Assembly: GCA_019721035.1 (NCBI GenBank)
Contig: JAHEAA010000001.1
Span: forward strand, 39,991 to 103,990
Source: Candidatus Sysuiplasma acidicola
GTDB taxonomy: Archaea > Thermoplasmatota > Thermoplasmata > Sysuiplasmatales > Sysuiplasmataceae
Direction of reading: 5' to 3'
DNA length: 64,000 nucleotides
Shown here: positions 55,360 to 64,000 of the stretch, one piece after another
How the letters are laid out: every line of letters begins with the position of its first letter
How positions within the stretch are numbered: position 1 is the stretch's first letter
Notes under the pieces: generated by a model
What the model was told of the DNA's origin: nothing
Databases searched by the model: none
What the model saw: only the letters and a program-made list of their open reading frames with translations
Position numbers and translations under genes: made by a program

Positions 55360-56676
55360 ATGAACAAGCATCTCGCGACTGAGGTATCCGAAATCGAGTC
55401 AGCATGGAGATCAGACAGATGGAACGGCATTGTGAGGCCGTACACTGCGGAAGAGGTTTGCAAGCTTCGTGGCTCCATTCACATTGATCACACACTTGCC
55501 AGGCTGTCTTCAGAGAAGCTCTGGAATTTGATTCAAAATGAGCAGCACGTGCTGGCACCCGGAGCGTCGACTGCCGATGATGCTGTGCAGATGGTACGTG
55601 CAGGACTTAAGGTGATACATCTCGGCGGTCAATCGATGAGTTTCGATGATGTGCCATCTACCCCGCTTCCGCATGAGCAGGGCAATGTTCAGTCTGCGGT
55701 GGACCCGGAGACGGTTGCGCGCATCAATGGTGCACTGCTTCTGTCCGACCAGCTCCACAAGACTGCCGGGAACGGCAATATTGACTGGCTCGCAGCAATC
55801 GTTGCGGAAGGGAAGACGGGGACGGACTACCCAATGCATGCGTACGAGTCCGCAAAGTTGTTAATCGAAGCAGGAGCTGCCGGCCTTTACTTCAGGGACA
55901 TGATCGCTGTGGGAAGGTCCCATCCACATGTTGACTGGAGGGCGCTGATTCCCACTTGCCAGTTCATCAGCAATCTTGTTGCGGCAAGGCTCGCGTCCGA
56001 CGTAATGGGCGTACCAACGGTCCTGATAGCAAAGACCGCTGCAAGAAGCGCTACTCTGCTCACAAACGACATTGATGAGCGTGACTACAGATATGCATCA
56101 GGCGAGAGAACAGATCTTGGTCACTACTGGATACGCGGAAGCTTGGAGACGGCCATTGAAAGGGCAGTGTCACTGGCGCCTTTCGCAGATATGCTATCCT
56201 ATGAAACAACGGCTCCTGACATTGAGGAGGCAAGAAAGTTTTCAGCTGCAGTCCTTAGCGAATATCCGGGAAAGCCCCTTGTCTACAGTTGCTCTCCTTC
56301 CCGAGAGTGGTTGAACGACATGACGCCTGAAGACATGACTGCTTTTCATGAAAGACTCGGCAGAATGGGTTACAGACTGCAGACCGTGGCAGGGACATCT
56401 CTGGCGGGCGCAAATGCTCCGACATCCCTTTCAGAAGAGAATCTTGCATCGGTGGCTCTGACTGCTCGCATGAGTGTGCAGAAGAGTCGGGCAAAGCAGG
56501 AAATGGGCGTAACTGCATTAACGGGTGCACGTGATCCGCTTGGTTCCATATATTTTGCCGAGGTGTCGAAACTCATATCACGTGTGCCTCGATTCCAGTA
56601 TGTGTATGGAATGACCGGAAGCACCGACGCTTCGGCACAGCAGGTAATGGTCGTCCAGAAAGCCGCTGGCAGGTGA
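55360..56676 (+). CDS. Isocitrate lyase homologue lacking catalytic residues (probable pseudoenzyme)
   Basis: ICL scaffold obvious (RWNGIVRPYTAEEV.KLRGS, LIEAGAAG, LVAARLASDVMGVPT, LLTNDIDERD, CSPS), but KKCGH reads RSHPH and other ligands are lost; 438 aa, no stops. Confidence 0.85.
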   Translation: MNKHLATEVSEIESAWRSDRWNGIVRPYTAEEVCKLRGSIHIDHTLARLSSEKLWNLIQNEQHVLAPGASTADDAVQMVRAGLKVIHLGGQSMSFDDVPSTPLPHEQGNVQSAVDPETVARINGALLLSDQLHKTAGNGNIDWLAAIVAEGKTGTDYPMHAYESAKLLIEAGAAGLYFRDMIAVGRSHPHVDWRALIPTCQFISNLVAARLASDVMGVPTVLIAKTAARSATLLTNDIDERDYRYASGERTDLGHYWIRGSLETAIERAVSLAPFADMLSYETTAPDIEEARKFSAAVLSEYPGKPLVYSCSPSREWLNDMTPEDMTAFHERLGRMGYRLQTVAGTSLAGANAPTSLSEENLASVALTARMSVQKSRAKQEMGVTALTGARDPLGSIYFAEVSKLISRVPRFQYVYGMTGSTDASAQQVMVVQKAAGR

Positions 56677-56770
56677 AAAGAGGCATACACAACGTTCCTT
56701 TTTGAATATTCGCAAAGTCCCGCAGCCTCTGCTGCATGTATTTCAGCGCGATGTTTTGTTGCCGGGAAAA

Positions 56771-56844
56771 TGCGGGGTGCGGGATTCGAACCCGCCTTAC
56801 TAGCTTGGCAAGCTAGTGTCCTAACCAGACTAGACTAACCTCGC
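56771..56844 (-). tRNA. tRNA-Gly (GCC)
   Basis: GCGAGGT TA GTCT AGTCTGGTTA GGAC A CTAGC TTGCCAA GCTAG TAAG GCGGG TTCGAAT CCCGC ACCCCGC A; 74 nt, no intron, CCA not encoded, followed by TTTT. Confidence 0.95.
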
Positions 56845-57596
56845 TCGGGGAAACGCGTTATGATTGCCGATCTTATTAAAGTACGTTGCGTGCGGGACTT
56901 GCCCCCTCCACGCAAGGTTTTTGCCTCCTGTCTCATGGCGTAGGCACACATGTCCATGACGGGGCACACTTCGCAATCAGGCCGGAGGGGTTTGCATATG
57001 TGCTGCCCGTGAATAACCATCAGCTCGTTCGTGTCTATCCAGAGCTTCCTGGGCAGTAGGCGCATGAGATCCTTTTCCGTTTCTTCCGGCTCGTCTGTTT
57101 TCACCAAACCGAGCCTGTTCGAGATACGATGAACATGCGTGTCGACGGGTATCGCGTTCTTTCCGAATCCATACACAAGCGTGCAGTTTGCCGTCTTTCT
57201 TCCCACCGACGGGAGGAGCATCAGTTCTTCCACTTTGTCCGGCACGCGTCCTCCGTAATCCCTGTCTATGGTTTTAGCTATCTGCTTTATCGCAATGGCC
57301 TTGTTCCTGTAGAAGCATACCGCTCTTATAGCCTGCTTGATGTCCTTGAGCGGAGCACTGCACAGTGCTTTCGCATCTGGGTACCTCCGGAAAAGTCTCT
57401 TTGACGCATCTTCTGTGACCGCATCCCTTGTTCTCTGGGAGAGAACAGTTGATATGAGCACCCTGAACGGATCGTCATGAATGGCAATGGCACCGAGTGC
57501 GGTCGTCAGGCCGAGTCCCGAATAATGTTGCCTGAGCCTTTTGAAAATCTCGTCCGGCCCGTCTTCATTTCCAGAGCTTTTCGTTGTATTTCTCAT
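56835..57596 (-). CDS. nth: Endonuclease III
   Basis: PFRVLISTVLSQRTRD, HhH LPSVGRKTAN, IPVDTHVHRISNRLG, C-x6-C-x2-C-x5-C. Confidence 0.95.
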   Translation of the reverse strand: MRNTTKSSGNEDGPDEIFKRLRQHYSGLGLTTALGAIAIHDDPFRVLISTVLSQRTRDAVTEDASKRLFRRYPDAKALCSAPLKDIKQAIRAVCFYRNKAIAIKQIAKTIDRDYGGRVPDKVEELMLLPSVGRKTANCTLVYGFGKNAIPVDTHVHRISNRLGLVKTDEPEETEKDLMRLLPRKLWIDTNELMVIHGQHICKPLRPDCEVCPVMDMCAYAMRQEAKTLRGGGKSRTQRTLIRSAIITRFPERG

Positions 57597-58890
57597 ACCA
57601 CCATTCCATCGCTTCACCGACGGTTCTCAGAGACCCTGTTACGAGCACCATTCCCTCCCCCGGCTCTTTCAACGCCGCTTCCATTGCTGCGCCAACGCTC
57701 TCTGTCACCACAGCCATCACACCGGTGGATGCCGCGGCCTCCATCACTTCGCCTGCCGTCCTTGCCCTGGGAGTCTTGGGCCCTGCGCAAATGAATTTAC
57801 ATGTTATCGTCGAGAGGGTTCTCATAACGCCTCCGAGGTCCTTGTCGGACAGCACGCCTGCGACGCAAATGAATTTTCTGTCAGTCAGCGCCCTCAGAGA
57901 CGAGGATAGTGCCTGTGCGGCGTCCGGATTGTGTGCCGTGTCGAATATGAATTTCCTGTCTCTGCCAGCCAGCTGCAGTCTTCCCGGCCAGAACACTTCC
58001 TTCAACCCCGTCCTGATGGAGTTCGTGCTTATGAAAACACCGCGCTGTTGCAGTTTTTCCAGCACTGCTATGGCAAGAGTAATGTTTGGTACCTGGTAAT
58101 CCCCACAGAGAGCACAGCTTACTACTTCAATGTGTGAGATACCTGTAACATTGAATTTCATTTCCCCAAATCCCCTTTCCAGGATGTCGAGCTCAATCAT
58201 CTCGTATGATTTCTCAAGTACTGCTCCCCGCTCATTCGCTATTCTCTCAAACACTTCGAGAGGTTCCCTTTTCGTTTCTGCAGTTATCACTGGAACGGAA
58301 TTTTTGATGATGCCTCCTTTTTCGGCGGCTATCTGTCCTAGCGTGTTGCCCAGGTAGGCCGTGTGTTCAAGCGCTATGTGCGTTATCGCAGATACTTCCG
58401 GAACTATGACGTTCGTTGCGTCAAGCCTTCCTCCGAGGCCCACTTCGACTACGGCAAACTCCACTTTCTTCTTCGCAAAATAAAGAAATGCAATCGCAGT
58501 TGTGATCTCAAAGAATGTCATCTCCCTGGCATCTCTGCCGAACAGGCTGTCCAGCGCCTCCCTTACCTCTGAAGCGCATTCAAGCAGGTCTGGAGTGGGA
58601 ATGCACTCGCGTCCTATCTTTATCCTCTCCTCGAACTCGACCAGATGCGGCGAGGTGTAGAGACCCGTGGCATACCCCTCGGATGAGAGCACAGATGCTA
58701 TCATGGCGCTGACCGAGCCTTTTCCGTTAGTGCCAGCAACATGCACTGTCTTGAATTTCTCCTGCGGATTACCCAGCTGGTTCAGAAGCAATCTTTCGTT
58801 GTCCAGGCCCAGTTTTATGCCGAAATTCTCCAGTCCGTAGAGCCATTTCAGCAGCTCTTTACGTTCGTCTGCCGTATCGTTCAATTCCAT
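57565..58890 (-). CDS. folC: Folylpolyglutamate / dihydrofolate synthase
   Basis: HVAGTNGKGS, YTSPHL, TFFE, EVGLGGRLDATN, EKGGIIK, WPGRL, DTAHNP, TGSL. Confidence 0.94.
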   Translation of the reverse strand: MELNDTADERKELLKWLYGLENFGIKLGLDNERLLLNQLGNPQEKFKTVHVAGTNGKGSVSAMIASVLSSEGYATGLYTSPHLVEFEERIKIGRECIPTPDLLECASEVREALDSLFGRDAREMTFFEITTAIAFLYFAKKKVEFAVVEVGLGGRLDATNVIVPEVSAITHIALEHTAYLGNTLGQIAAEKGGIIKNSVPVITAETKREPLEVFERIANERGAVLEKSYEMIELDILERGFGEMKFNVTGISHIEVVSCALCGDYQVPNITLAIAVLEKLQQRGVFISTNSIRTGLKEVFWPGRLQLAGRDRKFIFDTAHNPDAAQALSSSLRALTDRKFICVAGVLSDKDLGGVMRTLSTITCKFICAGPKTPRARTAGEVMEAAASTGVMAVVTESVGAAMEAALKEPGEGMVLVTGSLRTVGEAMEWWYEKYNEKLWK

Positions 58891-59010
58891 CCACCACCGT
58901 TCAATCATGTTCCGGATTCGATATGCACTCCGGTTCTTCGGCATGCTGTGCTTCCGGCGCTGTCAGCAGGCATGGTTGCATTGTACGCGACTCCGTGATT
59001 CTCATGCTGA

Positions 59011-60003
59011 CTACAGCCTCGCCATCAGCAATTTCATGTATATCTTCCTGCTCAAATCCGGAGAGAACATATAGATGACTGCGAGCGATTCCGGGAAAAG
59101 GTTGGCAACCGTTCTGTAACCGCTCGAATTTCTTATGAATGACAGGCACGCTTCCGATACCCTGCCTCTGTTAACTTCCGGGCTGCTTATGTCTCTTACC
59201 AGCGCGAACAGGAACTTCTGTCTTCTCAGAACACGCGCAATTTCCTTTTCTCCGATGCTCTCTGCGAATTCACACAGTGCATCGAAGGTTTTCACCTGTC
59301 TCACCGAGAATTCGTATCTCGACGACACAGTCACACTTTTTCTGTTCAGCCTGTAGTGTGTTAGTATCCTGCCGTCTATCATAACAGATCGTCCCCGCAT
59401 TGCAGCAAGATAGAAGATCAGGCTGTCATGAGCGGACACTGTCTTTCTCGCAACTTCAAGATTTTCCTGAAGTATCCTCTTTCTGACGGATATGCTGCTG
59501 TTGTTGTAATCACACTGTCCTGCAATGAGCTCATTCACTTTCATTCTGATCTCTTCATGATTCATCACGACCGTCCCTTTATCTCTCTCCAGGATTGAGA
59601 AACGGAACGAAAATGGTGGTGCAATCACATTGCCCTCGACATCGATGTAGTCAATTGCATTGTGATAATAGTCGATCTCGTGATTGCTCCTGAAAACTTC
59701 TGTTACTGTGGAAATTTTGTTCGGCAGGAAGAGATCGTCGTCGTCGAGGAAGCACAGTATCTCCCCCTTTGCCTTTTTCACTGCTTCCTCAGAAAAAGAG
59801 CGCAGTGCTTTGCTGTTGTCGAAGATTGACAGTGCTCCCATGTTCTCAATTGTTCTGTCCACTTCAGCGTTTTCGAAGTTCTTGACAACTATTACTTCAA
59901 AAGCTCCCGCAGGTGCATCCTGCGCAATGAGCGACTCGAGAGCGGCTTTTAGAAATTCCTGCCTGTTGTATGCCGTAACAATGACGGTGATGTATGGAGT
60001 CAT
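59011..60003 (-). CDS. Glycosyltransferase family 2
   Basis: ITVIVTAYNRQEFL, EVIVVKNF, CFLDDDDLF, NNSSI. Confidence 0.9.
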   Translation of the reverse strand: MTPYITVIVTAYNRQEFLKAALESLIAQDAPAGAFEVIVVKNFENAEVDRTIENMGALSIFDNSKALRSFSEEAVKKAKGEILCFLDDDDLFLPNKISTVTEVFRSNHEIDYYHNAIDYIDVEGNVIAPPFSFRFSILERDKGTVVMNHEEIRMKVNELIAGQCDYNNSSISVRKRILQENLEVARKTVSAHDSLIFYLAAMRGRSVMIDGRILTHYRLNRKSVTVSSRYEFSVRQVKTFDALCEFAESIGEKEIARVLRRQKFLFALVRDISSPEVNRGRVSEACLSFIRNSSGYRTVANLFPESLAVIYMFSPDLSRKIYMKLLMARL

Positions 60004-60269
60004 CCTGACCTTTGTTTCCCCGTTCGGTTGAATCTGTGCTGAAATGCGCCTGCTGTATTAAAATGCAATATGCGGCAGAAGTGTGCAGCACGCGAAGTGC
60101 TTATGCGTGTCTCCCGTCACCTTTGCCTTCAATCGCGATCACGCGTCGACAACTTGTGACAATTAACATAAACTCACCTTCTGATTGCGCTTCCGGCGTA
60201 CTGTCATGCCGTAGCAGTTCAGAGTGCAGGATGCGCCGCCCGCACATACCAGGTGTTCGGTGAAGACAA

Positions 60270-61388
60270 TTGAAAATGACATTCGTTGGTTACAACTCGG
60301 TGGACCATGGCGGCGGAGGAGAAACATGGTTACGTGATGTAACGTCCCGCCTCTCTTCCCGACACTCAATCAGCATCATAGCACCCCCTTCGGAAACAGG
60401 GCGTACGGCAATCGGCGATGAGCTGCGATCACTCGGCATTGAAATCAACGAGATCGGTTATGTGGACGGAACATCGTTTCCGTCACCACGCTCATTGCAC
60501 CGCATGGCAGGTGTGCTCTCCTCTTCCGATGTGGTCTATTTTAATTATGCGACGGGCGGCCTTGAAATTGCCATGTTTGCGCTGCAGAAGATCATCTCGT
60601 TTCCTATGGTCGCGGGCCATCATCTCATAATGAACCGCCGTTTTTTCGGCGGAAGCATGCCCAGCTCAAGGGAATCATATTACAGGATATTCGGATTCAG
60701 AGGCGACAGGATTGCCAGGCGCATGCCAGCTCACCACGTCCTCAACAGAGAGACAGAGAAAGACCTGCTGTTCCGCGGATACAGGAACGTCCGCAGGATA
60801 CCAAACGGTGTCGACAGCTCCTCTTTTTCTCCATCCAAAAAGTTCGATAAATTTACCATCCTGTTTCTAGGGCGCCTTGTAGAACAGAAGGGTGCAGATA
60901 TCCTCCCTGACTTTTACCGCGAAATAAGCACCGCTGTCGATGATTTCGACTTCGTCATTGCTGGATCAGGCGAATATCAAAATGTGCTGAGAAAGCAACT
61001 CCATGACGACAGGGTCAGCATGCCAGGTTTCGTTGATGAAAAGAGAAAGAGAGAGCTGCTTTCCCGCTCACATCTTCTTCTGATGCCTTCGAGATATGAG
61101 ATGTTCCCGATTACAGCGCTCGAAGCACTCTCCTCCGGAACTCCCGTCGTTTCGTCTAATATTATGGGCACAGGTGAATATCTTGTGCCGGGAGTCAATG
61201 GTTTTTTGGCCTCCAGTGCTACAGAAATGGCGCAGAAAACTGCAGAACTCTACGGCATGTATGCAGACGACCGGTATGCCGAACTTTCCGAGAGGTGCAG
61301 GAGGTCTGCCGAACCTTTTGATATAGGTGTGGTTGCAAAGAGAATCGAGGAAATGCTGCTCCAAATCGCCAGCTCGAGCGCTCAGTGA
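60270..61388 (+). CDS. Glycosyltransferase family 4
   Basis: GGGE, IPNGVD, FLGRLVEQKG, PSRYEMFPITALEALSSGTPVV (Ex7E). Confidence 0.92.
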   Translation: MKMTFVGYNSVDHGGGGETWLRDVTSRLSSRHSISIIAPPSETGRTAIGDELRSLGIEINEIGYVDGTSFPSPRSLHRMAGVLSSSDVVYFNYATGGLEIAMFALQKIISFPMVAGHHLIMNRRFFGGSMPSSRESYYRIFGFRGDRIARRMPAHHVLNRETEKDLLFRGYRNVRRIPNGVDSSSFSPSKKFDKFTILFLGRLVEQKGADILPDFYREISTAVDDFDFVIAGSGEYQNVLRKQLHDDRVSMPGFVDEKRKRELLSRSHLLLMPSRYEMFPITALEALSSGTPVVSSNIMGTGEYLVPGVNGFLASSATEMAQKTAELYGMYADDRYAELSERCRRSAEPFDIGVVAKRIEEMLLQIASSSAQ

Positions 61389-61558
61389 ACGACACCTCCC
61401 GACTGAAATCGTCCTGAAAAGTTGCTCTTCAGGCCGCTCTGAACCGCCGATCAGACCTGTTTTTGCACCTGTCAGGACCGAACATTGCCCTGATCGCCCT
61501 TCAATTGAGGCTAAATCTAAGTATTTTTTATATAATGGGATGTGAATTGAAGGGCAGG

Positions 61559-61717
61559 GTGGATTACACGCCTGACAAAGTCAAAGCATATTGTGTGAAA
61601 TGCAAGAAATCTGTAGAAGTAAAGAATCCGGTCAAGACAAAGCTGAAGAACGGCAAGCCTGCGACCAAGGGCTCGTGTCCGAGCTGCGGTACGAAGGTTT
61701 TCAGGATCGGAAAGTAA
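61559..61717 (+). CDS. DUF5679-type small basic zinc-ribbon protein
   Basis: AYCVKCKK...KNP....LKNGKPATKGSCPSCGTKVFRIG; strong TATA (TTTATATA 61527-61534); start GTG 61559 or ACG 61568. Confidence 0.85.
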   Translation: MDYTPDKVKAYCVKCKKSVEVKNPVKTKLKNGKPATKGSCPSCGTKVFRIGK

Positions 61718-61862
61718 ACTGTTCCAGTTTTTTACAGCATAAGATGGGTCCAATGATCCATCAAATCATTATTTCCTTTTTTCATTTTTTTAAATACCGT
61801 AGAGATAACTTTCGATAAATGATTAATAAAGTAATTATACCACAGCATCAGCTTAATCGGTT

Positions 61863-62522
61863 ATGGTCGCAACGCACCTCTACGGGTTCGTTCCAGCGAT
61901 TCCCCAGACGGTTTATCCATATGTGGGCATTGTTGCAGTGGCAATAGGACTATTGCTCGCCTTTTTTGGCGAGGCGATATGGAGGATAGCGACGACGATT
62001 ATAGGGAGTATAATCGGAGCAGTGATAGGTCTTGCCTTCGGTGTAGCCATAGCGGGTTTCATCGGCGCCCTCCTCGTCGGTCTGATAGGCGCGATTATCG
62101 GCGGCCTGCTGTTCTATTACATTGCCGAGGCAGGAATATCCCTGATGGTGGCATACTTCTCGCTTCTCGGCGTGCTGACACTGTTCGGCGTCAATGGAGG
62201 CTTATTGAGTCAGGGAACACGCGCCTCAGCCTTGCCATTCATCGTGGCGCTTATCGTCGCGGTGATAGTCTTCATTGTGTGCATCATCTACTTCAAAGAT
62301 CTCATAGCCATCTTCACGGCGGTCGGAGGAGGATTCCTGGTCGATTACGGCCTCGCTGTGCTGCATATCGGAAGCGTGGCAACAATTGTGTCACTCGCCG
62401 TTATCCTGCTCGGCATGGTCTTCCAGTTTGTCAGGATCGCCAGGAAGAAGAAGAGGCTCACTGCCGTTCCTGATTACGGAACGAATCAGGCAGGCGGCAC
62501 ATCATATACGCAGGAAGAGTGA
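61863..62522 (+). CDS. DUF4203/TMEM198-like Gly-rich membrane protein
   Basis: IGLLLAFFG..IWR, GxxxG-rich helices, TAVGGG, GMVFQ. Confidence 0.75.
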   Translation: MVATHLYGFVPAIPQTVYPYVGIVAVAIGLLLAFFGEAIWRIATTIIGSIIGAVIGLAFGVAIAGFIGALLVGLIGAIIGGLLFYYIAEAGISLMVAYFSLLGVLTLFGVNGGLLSQGTRASALPFIVALIVAVIVFIVCIIYFKDLIAIFTAVGGGFLVDYGLAVLHIGSVATIVSLAVILLGMVFQFVRIARKKKRLTAVPDYGTNQAGGTSYTQEE

Positions 62523-62527
62523 CACAC

Positions 62528-62995
62528 TTACCAGTGGAAAGCCAGAAACAGAGGCGGAATGAGCAGGAGGAAGAGAGCGATCATGGAGAAGCTTAGCCTT
62601 TCGGTCTTCGCTCCGCCCGTGCGCCCGAGCAGCAGCGCAGTAAATATGGACACTGCAATCGTGATAATGCCGGCAACCACAAGTATCATTTCAGAACTCG
62701 CGTTCAGCAGGCCGCCGTTTGATATGTAATTTCCCGCGAGGATCGATCCGTAGCCGAATATGTATGTTATGCCCAGCAGGGACATCTGCACCATCGTGGA
62801 GTTGAAATCGAACATTCCGTTATGTGATGTCAATGCCGATTCGTGAGCCGCCGTCCTGCCGCCATGACCCTGTACTACAGGCTCCTCGGCGGTCCCCGGC
62901 TCAAATTCTGCGCCGCAGTGGGGGCACGAAGGGTCGGCCATGGAGACCTCCTTCCCGCAAACGGGACAGGCAACTACCTCAATTACATCCTCCAT
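62528..62995 (-). CDS. Zinc-ribbon membrane protein
   Basis: CPVCG...CPHCGAEF N-terminus + three TM segments. Confidence 0.75.
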   Translation of the reverse strand: MEDVIEVVACPVCGKEVSMADPSCPHCGAEFEPGTAEEPVVQGHGGRTAAHESALTSHNGMFDFNSTMVQMSLLGITYIFGYGSILAGNYISNGGLLNASSEMILVVAGIITIAVSIFTALLLGRTGGAKTERLSFSMIALFLLLIPPLFLAFHW

Positions 62996-63066
62996 TTATG
63001 ATCACATCCTGAACGCAACAGCGGACTTTACGCAACATGAATGCTGTGTTTGGGTTCTTATAATTA

Positions 63067-64000
63067 TCACTCCGGATGTTTCACTGCGGTAATTTCCTCA
63101 TCTCCGCCCATGTATGGTCTCAGCACGTCGGGCACCTTTATCGTCCCGTCCTCCTGCTGGTAGTTCTCCACAACGCCTATGAATGTCCTTGGCAGCGCCA
63201 GTCCGGAGCCGTTGAGCGTGGCCACAAACTCGCTTTTGAGATGCGGCGCCTTCCTGTACTTTATATGCGCCCTCCTGGCCTGAAAATCGGAGAATGAACT
63301 GCACGAAGACACTTCGAGCCATCTGTCAACACCAGGCGCATAAACCTCGATGTCGTATGTTTCCTCGTTCGAAAAACCCAGATCCCCTGTACAGAGGTGT
63401 TTCAGCCGGTATGGAAGGTGCAGCTGCCGCACTACTTCCTCGGCATCCTTCAGCAGCCCTTGCAGCTCTTTCTCCCTGTACTCCGGTTCAACGATTTTTA
63501 CCATTTCCACTTTGTTGAATTCATGCACCCTGCCGATGCCCTTCAAATCCACGTGTCTCCCCGCTTCCTTTCTGAAGGATCGCAGGTAAGCCGTATAGTA
63601 AATAGGAAGATCATCGACCGACAGTATTTCACCGTTCAGCAAGTTCGTCACAGGAACTTCCGCCGTCGGGTTAAGCAGCAGATCCTCGCCTGCAATCCAG
63701 TACATGTCGTTCCTCTTTTCCGGAAGCGTGCCTGTACCCTCTGCGCAGAGGGATTTTACGACTACAGGCACCTGGACCTCGATGTATCCCTGCTTCCTGT
63801 GTATGTCCAGCATGCAGTTTATCAGCGCTCTCTCGAGCCTCGCCCCGTCTCCCTTCAGTACATAGAAGCCGCTACCTGTTATTTTCGCTCCCCTCTTCAA
63901 ATCCAGTATGCCCATGCGTGAGCATATCTCGTAGTGGGGGAGTGGTCTGAAACCCAGATCCGCCGGTTTAGAGGGCACGCTGATGACGACATTGTCCTCC
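63067..64000 (-). CDS. serS: Serine--tRNA ligase, 3' part (continues beyond the right edge)
   Basis: EDNVVI at the edge, GAKITGSGFY, PTAEVP, FRKEAG, RVHEFNKVE, YDIEV, EVSSCS, DFQARR, TLNGSGLA, ENYQ. Confidence 0.96.
   Translation of the reverse strand, partial: EDNVVISVPSKPADLGFRPLPHYEICSRMGILDLKRGAKITGSGFYVLKGDGARLERALINCMLDIHRKQGYIEVQVPVVVKSLCAEGTGTLPEKRNDMYWIAGEDLLLNPTAEVPVTNLLNGEILSVDDLPIYYTAYLRSFRKEAGRHVDLKGIGRVHEFNKVEMVKIVEPEYREKELQGLLKDAEEVVRQLHLPYRLKHLCTGDLGFSNEETYDIEVYAPGVDRWLEVSSCSSFSDFQARRAHIKYRKAPHLKSEFVATLNGSGLALPRTFIGVVENYQQEDGTIKVPDVLRPYMGGDEEITAVKHPE

Noticed and set aside
56700-56844. tRNA-Gly as an integration site
   Set aside because: No integrase and no duplicate of the tRNA end seen in the window.
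1-64000. CRISPR arrays, IS elements, prophage, rRNA
   Set aside because: No spaced repeats, transposase/integrase/capsid ORFs or rRNA-like segments seen by eye; nearly all sequence is accounted for by genes.

Overview
An archaeal chromosomal window, most likely Thermoplasmatota. This is inferred from archaeal Dph2, an archaeal-type ValRS, TATA-box promoters, GGTGA/GGAGG Shine-Dalgarno (SD) motifs, an AbrB-PhoU regulator and a tRNA gene without encoded CCA. It is gene-dense, and I saw no transposase, integrase or CRISPR array. Main blocks, left to right: (1) nucleotide-sugar/glycan genes (galU, ugd, GT2, methyltransferases); (2) dph2 and queDCE; (3) a surface protein + small membrane protein + double-wHTH trio; (4) a SufR-like regulator divergent from a 9-10 gene SUF operon that has absorbed a sulfur-carrier cysteine pathway (CysM, a ubiquitin-like protein fused through an internal GG to an E1/rhodanese, and a JAMM protease); (5) thyX, FTR1, valS with a degenerate KMSKS motif, and a large glycoprotein; (6) kdpABC back-to-back with a complete bacterial-type GlgE/trehalose cluster (glgB-glgE-treS-mak-glgX, treZ-treY, GH31); (7) an atypical HesB, csaA, AbrB-PhoU, and a full-length isocitrate lyase homologue lacking most catalytic residues behind a structured leader; (8) tRNA-Gly(GCC) overlapping the nth stop codon, folC, glycosyltransferases, DUF5679, DUF4203 and partial serS. 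Most interesting: the SUF/Ubl-E1/JAMM/CysM operon, the isocitrate lyase pseudoenzyme, repeated apparent CTG/ACG initiation, and three unannotated microproteins. All family calls come from motif recognition by eye; no searches were run.
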